Assembly: GCF_000738915.1 (NCBI RefSeq)
Contig: NW_026515635.1
Location: 496,001-560,000, forward strand
From: Nematocida ausubeli
Taxonomy: Eukaryota
Reading direction: 5' to 3'
Length of the DNA stretch: 64,000 nt
In this document: piece after piece, positions 34,563 to 46,664 of the stretch
How the letters are laid out: the number at the start of each line of letters is the position of its first letter
How positions within the stretch are numbered: position 1 is the stretch's first letter
Made by a program: the position numbers and the translations under genes
The notes under the pieces: model-generated
What the model saw: only the letters and a program-made list of their open reading frames with translations
Told to the model about the DNA's origin: nothing
Database searches by the model: none

Positions 34563-34829
34563 CTACTTTTCAGGCTGCTCTTTTTTTATATAGCCTATTA
34601 GATTATTTTGTAATAATTTCTTGTAATTGATCCAGGGATGCAGGGTGTTGAACAGATCAGTGCAGTCCTTCCCTGCATTTTCATATATTATATTTGAGCC
34701 TCCTGGGTGATCTTTTGCATACTCAGTCACGTCATAAACGATATTTGATAAAACAATCCAGCAGCTGTCCTTTGCTGTGTGTTCTGACACTTCCTCTAAA
34801 GTGTATTGTCTAGGTTTTTTATGCAGCAT
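34563..34829 (-). CDS. Soluble cytochrome b5-like heme-binding protein (Irc21/CYB5R4 N-domain type)
   Basis: YTLEEVSEH, CWIVL..IVYDVT.Y..DHPGG, AGKDCT.LF...HPWIN; both axial His present; no TM tail. Confidence 0.9.
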   Translation of the reverse strand: MLHKKPRQYTLEEVSEHTAKDSCWIVLSNIVYDVTEYAKDHPGGSNIIYENAGKDCTDLFNTLHPWINYKKLLQNNLIGYIKKEQPEK

Positions 34830-34862
34830 AACAAACTATTTAATGAATTTTTTTAATACTAA

Positions 34863-37244
<2,382 letters not shown>

Positions 37245-37369
37245 GTGGCCTATGTGAAGAATAAAGGTCTTTTACAATTTTCTCTACTATCTTTCTCTTA
37301 CACTTGTATATATTGCAGTTTAATCAGATTTTATGTTTACAAATAAATAAAGATTTGCAAGAAAAAATT

Positions 37370-37939
37370 ATGCAGCCTCAGTTTAATACTCTTGTAATAG
37401 CAGGCGCCAGCGGCTCAGGTAAGTCCACCATCGTGAGGCACTTACTTCACAGATATCCTCATAAGTTTACTATTTCTGTCTCATACACAACACGAACGCC
37501 CAGAGAAAACGAGAGAGATGGAAAGGACTACTTTTTCATAACGCGCGATAAGTTTATGGAGAAGGTTAAAAACAACGAGTTTATTGAGTATGCTGAGTAT
37601 GCTGAAAATTACTATGGAACTGGCATAGAGTACAAGACACCTCAGCCTGGAAAGATACTTCTGCTAGAAATAGAAAAAAAGGGTGTAAAAAGCATAAAAG
37701 AGTCTGGGATAAATGCTGTTTATGTCTTTATATATGCCCCCATGTCTATTCTCCACGAAAGAATTTCACAAAGAGCAATAATAACACAGGATGAGCTAAG
37801 CAAGCGGCTGATGAAGGCTAAAGAGGAGAACTTCTATGGGCATAGCAGCGAGTTTGACAAGCTAATTAATAATACCCTTTTGGATAGCGCTATTAAGGAG
37901 ATGGAGGCATTTATTAAGTCAGTCTTTGGTTTTGTGTAA
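37370..37939 (+). CDS. GUK1: Guanylate kinase
   Basis: GASGSGKST, SVSYTTRTPRENERDGKDYFF, FIEYAEYAENYYGT. First ATG 37370. Confidence 0.95.
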   Translation: MQPQFNTLVIAGASGSGKSTIVRHLLHRYPHKFTISVSYTTRTPRENERDGKDYFFITRDKFMEKVKNNEFIEYAEYAENYYGTGIEYKTPQPGKILLLEIEKKGVKSIKESGINAVYVFIYAPMSILHERISQRAIITQDELSKRLMKAKEENFYGHSSEFDKLINNTLLDSAIKEMEAFIKSVFGFV

Positions 37940-39801
37940 TGAGGTCCGATGCACAAGTTGTTTTATGCTTACTATGGCAAACATTCGCTGTACGTTTTAT
38001 TGCTTTCCAATAGAAGTCGCATTACTTTCTTAAATGTAGTTTTTAGCAGGCATAATTTGTAATAGAGAAAAAGACAGAAACTTTCTTGTGGATGTAGTGT
38101 TTTAATTCTAAATGCTATTGATGGTTTGCATTTTTCTTCTTCTAACGCTTTTATTTTGACTTGTTTTCTCAGCATTACAATAGATCTCTATCTTGTTTTC
38201 AAAGATCGCCTTATATTCTATAGAATATTTAACCATTTGGGATTTTTTATTGAGGAATAGCCTATTCTCCACAAAATAGTGTTGTTTTCTGTAAAAGCGT
38301 TTGCGCTATAGTTTAGCTTTAATCCACAATAATTAAGTTCTCTGCTATCCAATTTTAAAAATTAACTGTTAATAAATTGGTTAATTTGAAATGCTTTATA
38401 TAATAGTTTTAGAGTCTATATTTCTTTTTATTTATTATTTCCAACTAAGAAAACTAAAGGTAAAAATTATTTTAAATTATTCTATATAGAACAACTGGTA
38501 ACATTTATGAGTAAACTCTTGGCTTGCTTTTAGTAATATATGTAGCTTCTGCGCCCCCCCCACAAAGACTAAGTGTTTCTATTTTAATAGAGGATTTCTC
38601 TATATATATCTATAGCATGTGTAATATTTCTCATCTATTCTATTTTATACCTCTTGTATTATAACAATCCAAACACAATAAGCCTATTAGGCTAAGAAGC
38701 ATTAATTTATAGTTAGTTCTATTCTCTACACACAGCACTTTCTTTCTCCTTAACAACATTCTTGTTCTTTTCTAAGTACTATATACCTATATGCCAGCCC
38801 TGCCCAAGGCTCTTGTGCCAATGAAGAGATTAATATATAAGGGGGCCTCGACCTACTGGCCCCCACACCACTTCCCTGCCAGCCCAAATGCTCGCTAGTG
38901 GCGCTTTACATCCGCGCTGACCCGCCGCACTGAGTGTTTCTACATACCCGACTGTTATGCGTCTGTGGCTGAGAAGTCTCTCGCACTGCGAATAAAAGAC
39001 AGAGTTTTCGCGTATTTATAGACCGCATTTTATTTTTTTCCTTTTTCGTCAGCAATTTCCCTCTCCGCACTTTTTTGCCCCTGCAAACCGAAGGAAGGGG
39101 GCATTTTCCCTGAAATTCCTGTGTTTTGCCCTGCTGAGCGCCCCTGCAAAAAATATTTTCTCAGGTGTTTTTTTTGAGATGGGCCTCCTGCCCAGAAAGG
39201 GCGCGCGCATCCATACTGCAGCGAGGGCAGAGACACTCTGCATATGTGTGTGTACGGCAGAGCTCCTAGAAGGGTAGCTGTGTCCGAGAGGCAGAGACTG
39301 CAGACTGTTCTGTGAAAGGGCCCTACTCTCTATAACTCACACACGCCATAAAGAGAGCAACAAAAAGAGTGCACCCACATCTCTCAACTCTGTCTGTACT
39401 CTGGCTAGTAGTGCAGCCTGAGGTATTCAAACCAGCCAGTCTGTTTATATCCACTGCATATATACTGCATATCACAGTATAGCATCTGTGCTCTGCGCTA
39501 TACCCTCTGTGTGTGAGGCACACAGCCAGGCTGCGCAATTCCTGCGCAATTTACCCTTACTCGGGCATATTGGGGGTGCAGCCCCCATAGACCTGTCTAT
39601 ATTCACTTTAGAGCGGGTCTTCTTGTATATTAAAAAGTATATGCGCTCTTTGGGGGATATTGGGAGCATCCAGAACGGGCAAATTAAGGTCTATTTTCCA
39701 AAATATAAGTATAAATAGAGCATAAATCTGTAAAAATATTCCAAAGCAAACACAGGAATCACTTGCTAGTTCTCCTCTGTGTGCACTCGCGCACAGGCAG
39801 A

Positions 39802-39898
39802 TACCTTAAGCTCATCGAGGTGCCTTTAACTTCATCGAGACAACTTAAGCTCTTCGGACAACTTAAATTCATCAAGGTAAGTTAAACTCATCACAGGC
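39802..39898. repeat. Degenerate tandem repeat, five ~19-bp units (core TTAA-x-YTC-W-TC)
   Basis: Units taccTTAAGCTCATCgagg / tgcctTTAACTTCATCgaga / caacTTAAGCTCTTCgga / caacTTAAATTCATCaagg / taagTTAAACTCATCacagg; TTAA at 39806, 39826, 39845, 39863, 39882. Confidence 0.8.
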
Positions 39899-41214
39899 CT
39901 GCACTGAAACCTGGGCCTAGAAGAAGCACTTTAAACTCTTCGCATAGTATTCCTGGCACACACATAAGCCCATCCTGTCTGCACAAAACAGATAAAACAA
40001 CCCCGCAGACAGGCCCGAATATCTTAAGCTCCTATTAAACTCCTCTAAATGAACTGTCTCTACATGTATATTAACAACACAAAAAACAATAAAGACACAT
40101 GCATTTACTCCTTTTTATTTTATTTCTGCACACTGCTTTCTACTTCTGTCCTCTACTTGTATACTTTACTACTACAGAGCAGAGTGTGTGTTGTGATGAT
40201 GCTACTGTGCTGCACCATGCATAAACAGCCCGAATGACCTGCAGTAATGCAACACAGCACAAGCACTTATCTGCTATGGCTGTAAGCTGACTGTAGAGCA
40301 AGAGTGTGCTATTTATAGTGTGCTTACATGAATGTATTTACATGATTCTATACGTGTATTCTTCCTTTGGTATAACCTATAGTATTGCTGCTGTGGCATT
40401 CTGGTTGTGCTCTCTATGTGCTGAGCATACATAGCCTGTTTTGTGTATTAAGCTCCTCTATGTGGTGTCAGCGCCCGGCTGGGTCTTTGAATTGTGCAGC
40501 TTTTTTGATTTTCCTGTGCTTTCGTCTTTTTTTAGAGGAAATAAGCCTTCTATCTAATATTTACACACGAAATACAGAAGAGTTTATTTTTACATATATA
40601 TGGAAAGTAGAAAAAATGTAAAATATATAGCATGTATTCATAAGTAAAATAAATAACAGAAGAAACTGGTTTGCAAAGAAGGTATACCTCATATACCCGA
40701 ACAATAAATAAAAACTAGGATAACATAAGCATAGAAACATTCTAAATAAAGCAAATGGGCTAAATTAGAGTCTGTTTGAGAGCATTTAAATGAGTTTTAT
40801 ATTTTATAAAGACATATAGCTTTATTAGACAACTTTATCTATCTACTTCTTAGTGCTTTTTGCTCTTTAGTATATTAAAAGAAGCTATGCTATTATTTTT
40901 ATATAGAGAGTTATATAATTTTAAAAGAGGTGTCCATGTATATAACCCAAAGTTATAGTACTATATCATATGCCATATCCGTGAGCAAGAAATACGTAAT
41001 ATTTTGCTTCAATAGAGAAAATTAAATATATATATTAAAGAGCTTTATGCAAAAGTCAACTATACTAGTTAAAATATAGACAGCAAAAAGACAAAGTAAC
41101 GCCAAGTGGGGTCATTGTATGTATGCACTGAATAAAAGTATCTTCATTGTAAAATAGAATTTATTAGCATATAATTGGTTTGTTTTATAGGAGACAGAAA
41201 TTATATTGAAAACT

Positions 41215-42120
41215 ATGCGAAAAGATTTTATTAGTATGAAACTAGCCCAAACTGTGCAGCTGCTCTTCCAAGAAATTACTAGATTTATGGATATGCACAA
41301 AGAAGAGTCATCTTTAATGAAAAGAGTGCCAGAAAAGATAGAAAACATGCCGGAAATAGAGCAGATAATCGATAGAGACATTCATAGACTACGTTTTTGT
41401 GTAAGAAGCTCTGACGGAGAGGAAGAAGCAAGCGAAATAGATAAAAACAGCAAGCCTGTTATGTATCTAAGAAAAATAGCAGCCAAGCTATATAGCATAG
41501 AGGAGTACTATCAGGAGATTCTGGACTTTCTTATTCCTATAATATATACGGAGGTGGCGGCAGACAAAGATGTAGAGTACTCAAAGGTAGAAAAAGACTG
41601 CATGGCCATATACGAGAGCTTTCTTTACGAGTATCTGAAAAACCAGTATGCGCTTGCGCTTCGCTATGAAACAACGCTGCAGAAAATGGAGGGATACTAT
41701 ATTGTCAAGGAAATAGACTTTGAGCAGATAAAAGGGACGTTTATTGAGCTATCTCACACAGCACTGTGGTTCTCCAGAACATTTGCCTATGAAGACCTAG
41801 TTTACATATACGCATATTTACTCAGATCAGAGCTGCATGCCCCATATGTATTTTTCTTGGCATCCATTCGCATTATTCGGGAAAGAGAGGAAGTAAAGCC
41901 AATGTTTGATCTAAAGAAAAGGTCTGCCATACTGGGGGAGAAGAAAATGAAAGGGCTTATTGTGAAGAGCAAAGAGCTAGATAAAAAAATCGGACATTTT
42001 TTCAAAGATGGTCTTTTGACAAATAAAACAACGGCATTTATGGTGCTTGCTGGTGTTGGGATTGTTGCTGCAGTGGCTGCAGGATTATGCATGTCTAGAC
42101 ACAAGTCAACTAAAGAATGA
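41215..42120 (+). CDS. Tail-anchored TBC-domain Rab-GAP (TBC1D20/Gyp8-like, divergent)
   Basis: IDRDIHR (IxxDxxR), YYQ, LWFSRTFA, C-terminal TM AFMVLAGVGIVAAVAAGL followed by a short basic tail. Start ATG 41215 or 41236. Confidence 0.65.
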   Translation: MRKDFISMKLAQTVQLLFQEITRFMDMHKEESSLMKRVPEKIENMPEIEQIIDRDIHRLRFCVRSSDGEEEASEIDKNSKPVMYLRKIAAKLYSIEEYYQEILDFLIPIIYTEVAADKDVEYSKVEKDCMAIYESFLYEYLKNQYALALRYETTLQKMEGYYIVKEIDFEQIKGTFIELSHTALWFSRTFAYEDLVYIYAYLLRSELHAPYVFFLASIRIIREREEVKPMFDLKKRSAILGEKKMKGLIVKSKELDKKIGHFFKDGLLTNKTTAFMVLAGVGIVAAVAAGLCMSRHKSTKE

Positions 42121-42386
42121 AGAGCCAAGCCGGCAAGTTTGGTGTAAAATATTCAGACAAAATGCATATATTCTTTTAAAAAGCTTGGGAATAAAAATGC
42201 ATACATTTATATTTATTAGTTTGTGCTACAACTTGGACAACTCTTGTTAGTATTAGAAACAAATTGAAAAAGAGCTTCCAAATAGAGAAGAAAGTAGCCA
42301 ATAAATAAATCTATTCTATGAAATTATGCTTTTTAGTGCTAAAGTGGGCTATATCTAGGTCAAATAGCAGGTTATGTGTTTTCATT

Positions 42387-43352
42387 CTAGTCCAAGTACT
42401 TATTTGCTATAGATATATCTATCTTATGGGTATAGTTTGGAATTTGCAGAATTTGTGTAGGCGCTGGTGCAGATGGAACTATCTTAAATAAAAAGCCTTG
42501 TTCATCCAAAACAGCAAATCCATCTTCCATGCTGATTCCGTCTATTATTACTTTGTCTGATAGGCCAGATATTTCTGTGCAAGTAACTTCTAGATTTTCG
42601 TTTATCTTAGAGATGTCTACCAAGATAGGAGTGCTGTTTCGCAGTATAAGGAGTGTATTGCCATTCCCAAGCAGCTTTCTTACTTTACTTTCTGCATCAA
42701 GATTAATATTAGATATATTCTCAGGATCATCCACCCCTGGTAGTGTTTTACCCATCCGCTCTATTTTATTTTGCATTAAATCAAAAATAAGAACTTCCTT
42801 CGTGTCTGTGTTGTACAATGAGACGTACCAATCATACCCACCGGCCACTAGATACTTTCCAACAGTGGCAATAGAGAGTATTGGCTTACTGTGGACCTGG
42901 ATGAAGCTCTGTATTCTGTGCGGATATTGCCGGTCTGTAACTCTTATTTTGTTGTCTTTGTCTGCAGTAATAATAGAGTCCTCCGAAACAATAATGTCAG
43001 TTATCATAGAAATAGAGCCAAAAAGATGTTTTGGTGCTCCTTCCATCTGAGACATACAAGTTTTTTCGAGATCCTCCAACTCATAGACAGAGCCTGCCCT
43101 GTCTGCAATGTACATTGAGCTGCCACTAATAGCCATCTTTGTTGGAGTCTTGTGCGATTTTCCAATTCTCTTTACTGCGCCATCGTTAATCACCAGTATA
43201 TCCTTGGTTTCTGTAATGACATAGCATCCGCATACCAACAGGCCTTTACTTGGCAGATCAATATGTGCTTGCACCCCATCTTTGTGTATATTTAATGTTT
43301 TCTCGTTTAGAATAGCAATGCTCGAATTTACATATGTTACTGTGGAAAGCAT
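42387..43352 (-). CDS. TRM82: tRNA m7G46 methyltransferase WD40 subunit Trm82/WDR4
   Basis: IADRAGSVY, FGSISMITDI, IITADKDNKIRVT..YPHRIQSF match Trm82 motifs (ADK.GDV; GH.SM.TD; TADRDEKIRVS). First ATG 43352. Confidence 0.85.
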   Translation of the reverse strand: MLSTVTYVNSSIAILNEKTLNIHKDGVQAHIDLPSKGLLVCGCYVITETKDILVINDGAVKRIGKSHKTPTKMAISGSSMYIADRAGSVYELEDLEKTCMSQMEGAPKHLFGSISMITDIIVSEDSIITADKDNKIRVTDRQYPHRIQSFIQVHSKPILSIATVGKYLVAGGYDWYVSLYNTDTKEVLIFDLMQNKIERMGKTLPGVDDPENISNINLDAESKVRKLLGNGNTLLILRNSTPILVDISKINENLEVTCTEISGLSDKVIIDGISMEDGFAVLDEQGFLFKIVPSAPAPTQILQIPNYTHKIDISIANKYLD

Positions 43353-43652
43353 GGTATACAAAAAATTTCAGAATAAATTATTTATGTGCGGAAAGCTTTC
43401 ATCTTTAGAGTAAACCATTCCTAGAATAATAAATATACAGAAAAATAAAAACAGAGCTTCTAAACTCTAATTTTTAAGAAAAGTATCTGCTAGAAGCTGC
43501 TCTTTGGCATGCCTAGCTTATGGGAATAAGAAAAGTCTAATGAATAAAGCTGTACAAATTATATAGAACACGTATTCGCACCCGTAGATAATGGCAATAT
43601 GTCTGTGTATGCGATGTATTAAATCAGGGCTGTCTAACAAAGGGCATTTTTA

Positions 43653-44669
43653 TTAATACTGTATACTTTCGGGCGCTATTAGAGAACTAGTGGTTTCCTC
43701 TGTCTTGGAGTCCTCCTCTGTCTCATCGTGCTTTTTGTATATTCGATTGTATATTCTATATGTACTTTCCAGCTTTCTATTAAGTGATTTGTTCATGATT
43801 TTCAAGTTGTTTATCGCTTCCGCCCTTTCCTCTTCTAGCTCTTTCAGTATCTTTATCTCTTCGTTTTTCTCCATCACTTCCATTTCTAGCCGACTGTTTA
43901 TTGCCTCTATGTCTTCTTTTTCTTGTTTATAGTTGCGGGTTTCTTCTTTAAGAAGTGTTTCTGATTTTATTCTTCCTTTCAGATCTTCAAAGTTTCTTTT
44001 TATTATGTCATTTGCTTTCTTTAGGTCGTCCTCAAGTATTCTATTTTCTTTTTTCAGACGGTCAATTTCCAATGCGGATTCATCAGTGATTTTTTTGAGG
44101 CTGTTTACTTTCATCTCCAAGTCACCTGCTTCTCTGCGCGAGCGGTTGGTGGTGCTCTCGAGCTTTTCAAGCTCCTCTCTGTATCGCTGCGTCATATCAT
44201 CATTGGCACGCCTAGCGGACATCAGCTCTTCTTTCAGAATGCTGTTTTCTCTCTCCAAAGCACTTGTTTTTCGATTTAATTTGCTAAGTATCTCAGATAT
44301 ATACATTTTATACTCGCTTTCAGTCAGATTCTTCAGCGGCAGCTCAAGATGCAGAATGTTTCTGAATGTGTTTCTTTCTATGATTTTTATGGTGCTCCCT
44401 ACTTCTATAAAGAGTTCTTTCCTCTGCACGCGCTTTAGTAGCTCGCTAAGTGTTGCTATAAAAGACATGTAGTTCACGCGTATGCTCTGTGTCTCTTTAA
44501 TGGTGTAGTACTCTGATTCATTGAGCTTAGAAAGCATGATTGTGAACGTGGCCTGGTTGTAGAGTTTTAGCTCGAAGAATTCGGGTTTCTTAGCCAGCTC
44601 GCAGATGTACTCTGCTGTGCTGGAGTTCTTTTGTACAGAAAGAGGCCCTGAGAACAAAACTTCATCCAT
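43653..44669 (-). CDS. SAS6: SAS-6-like protein (N-terminal head domain plus long coiled coil)
   Basis: PISA-like LNESEYYTIKETQSIRVNYMSFIATLSELL, then IKIIERNTFRNILHLELPL and EYKMYISEIL, followed by ~190 aa of heptads. Likely start ATG 44669. Confidence 0.75.
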   Translation of the reverse strand: MDEVLFSGPLSVQKNSSTAEYICELAKKPEFFELKLYNQATFTIMLSKLNESEYYTIKETQSIRVNYMSFIATLSELLKRVQRKELFIEVGSTIKIIERNTFRNILHLELPLKNLTESEYKMYISEILSKLNRKTSALERENSILKEELMSARRANDDMTQRYREELEKLESTTNRSRREAGDLEMKVNSLKKITDESALEIDRLKKENRILEDDLKKANDIIKRNFEDLKGRIKSETLLKEETRNYKQEKEDIEAINSRLEMEVMEKNEEIKILKELEEERAEAINNLKIMNKSLNRKLESTYRIYNRIYKKHDETEEDSKTEETTSSLIAPESIQY

Positions 44670-44696
44670 AAATAAATATTTTCTAGCTCTGTTAAT

Positions 44697-46379
44697 ATGC
44701 ACTCAGTAATAGTAGTGAATTTTAGTGAAAAGGAAGTTGAAATAAAGAACAAAGAGGTAAAAAAGAAGAGACGGGTCGTGGACGTGTACGATGTAATGGA
44801 CCCGTTCTATCAGGAAGACGAAGAAGTGAATACCTTTGAGTGCAAATACGAGAACTTCTATTGTTTAACAGGCGAGTCGGCAGTAGAAAGGAGAAAAGAG
44901 GCTGAGATTGAGTATGAGGAAAAGCTAAGAAAGGATAAAAAAGAGACAGCACGTGAACGATATGTAAAACAAAAGCAGGAAAAGCTAGAAGAGTATGCAG
45001 CTTCTTCTCCAGAGGGCAGGGCGGCAGTGCTAGATAAAATAGCTATACTTGAATTAGTGACAACACAGGAGCTAGATGCAAAAAGTCTGGCAGAAGAGGT
45101 TGTAAATAAGTGCCCAGACGAGAATATAAAAGAGCTCGAAAAAGTTCTAACAAAGACCTTTAGCAAAGAAGGAATGGAGGAAATGTATGCCAAAGCTGAG
45201 GAAAAGAAGAACGCGCTAGGTGAGGAGGTAAAGGTAGAGTCCGTGAAAAGGATTAAGAAGGATGAAGCAACAGGAAGGCCAGAAATTCAGTTCGATCCTA
45301 AGTTCCTTGACCTTTTAGTAAAGTATACCGATGTGGAGTACTTGATGTTTTATATAAAGCTATTTCTGTCCGGCAAGAAAAGAATATTAGAGCATAAAGT
45401 AAAGAAGAATGCGATACGCGCACTACACGAGTACTTCCCAGTAGAGTGCCGATCTATGTCACTAGGAAAGAAAATAGCATCGCATGTAATAAAAAAAAGA
45501 AGACGCGGGCAGATGACTCAGTCTGAGGGAAATGCTGATGCAAATAGCAATACAGACGAAGAAGCACAGGATACAGAAGAAGTATCAGTAGAAAAAGAGG
45601 AATCAATGGCAAAAGAATTCCCAGTGGAAAAAGAAGAGCTGAAAAAAGAAGAAGTTCCAGAGGCCATTCCACAAGCCAACCTAGAAAAAAGCACTCATAT
45701 ACCCAAAGAGAAGCTTTTAGAAGAGCTTTCAAAAAACCAGAGACATCCTGAGATCATGCAAGAAATTACAGCTGCAGAAAACTCCTTAGCAGAAGAGCAT
45801 TCTATGCATAGTCAAACAGACTCTTCCATCATCAAAAGTAGCACAGTGCAAGATGATAGCTTAATAATCCCTAGCTCGCCTACCATAAACCCAAGTACGC
45901 TAGTATACGCACCATTTCCTCCTGTGCAAACAAAAGAGAAGAAGCAGACTAAGCCCCGCAAAGCAGCTACCCCAATTAAGCGTGGGCTTGGAAAACATAG
46001 GCCGCCGATGGATGAGGTTGAAGAGCCTTCTATAGATGCCGATGTGTCTCAGAATGATTCAAAAGAAATTCTAGATAGTAAAGATGAAGTGTCTAGAGAA
46101 ACACTGCTATCTACGCCGACTAAAATAGTCAAGACCCGAAAAGCACCTCTAAAAAGTGCCAAGCTGACTAAAGAAAAGAATACAAGACTTCCAGCTAATC
46201 CAGCTAAAAAGCAAAAGAGCGCTGCTAAGAGCCCAATAAAGCGCAAAAATGCAAAAGAAACCTCTGTTTTAAAGGAAAAGGAAGACGAATCCATATTAGA
46301 TGAAAAAACAATTGAAACAACAGAAACAAATGATACACACCAGGGCAGTTCAGACAATCTTGAGGATATAGATATGTAA
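44697..46379 (+). CDS. Ubinuclein/Hpc2-like histone chaperone subunit (putative)
   Basis: YDVMDPFYQEDEE...NFYCLTG resembles the Hpc2-related (HUN) motif YD..D.FID.SE...GFY...G; helical middle region; long disordered K/E/S-rich C-terminus. Confidence 0.55.
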   Translation: MHSVIVVNFSEKEVEIKNKEVKKKRRVVDVYDVMDPFYQEDEEVNTFECKYENFYCLTGESAVERRKEAEIEYEEKLRKDKKETARERYVKQKQEKLEEYAASSPEGRAAVLDKIAILELVTTQELDAKSLAEEVVNKCPDENIKELEKVLTKTFSKEGMEEMYAKAEEKKNALGEEVKVESVKRIKKDEATGRPEIQFDPKFLDLLVKYTDVEYLMFYIKLFLSGKKRILEHKVKKNAIRALHEYFPVECRSMSLGKKIASHVIKKRRRGQMTQSEGNADANSNTDEEAQDTEEVSVEKEESMAKEFPVEKEELKKEEVPEAIPQANLEKSTHIPKEKLLEELSKNQRHPEIMQEITAAENSLAEEHSMHSQTDSSIIKSSTVQDDSLIIPSSPTINPSTLVYAPFPPVQTKEKKQTKPRKAATPIKRGLGKHRPPMDEVEEPSIDADVSQNDSKEILDSKDEVSRETLLSTPTKIVKTRKAPLKSAKLTKEKNTRLPANPAKKQKSAAKSPIKRKNAKETSVLKEKEDESILDEKTIETTETNDTHQGSSDNLEDIDM

Positions 46380-46664
46380 TTTACTGTATGAAAAGTACTA
46401 GCTGGAAATGCTTATGTTTTATTCGGGATAGCCATCTGTCTAAAGCCTGGTATAATACCCCCATATCATAGTGGAAGTAGCAATAAAAACTGCCTTTAAT
46501 ATGCCTATACAATTGGAAAACTTTACATAGAATTAGTTCATGTTTATTTAGAATTGCTTATTGCCACTGGAAATCAAGTACAAAGGTAGGCAGTTGCAGT
46601 ACATTTAGGCATCCATGGCAGCACACAAATAAAACTCATTTGAAACTACTCTATCAATTTCATA

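Noticed and set aside
39030..39718. Short ORFs (64-76 aa) in the GC-rich island
   Set aside because: They overlap each other, lack the local codon style and motifs, and are expected by chance at higher GC.
39802..39898. CRISPR interpretation of the repeat array
   Set aside because: Eukaryotic context, ~11-bp degenerate core, only 7-9-bp linkers, no cas genes.
38790..40050. Specific identification as telomerase RNA, RNase P/MRP or SRP RNA
   Set aside because: I found no convincing telomeric template or conserved-region motifs by eye, so the region is left unassigned.
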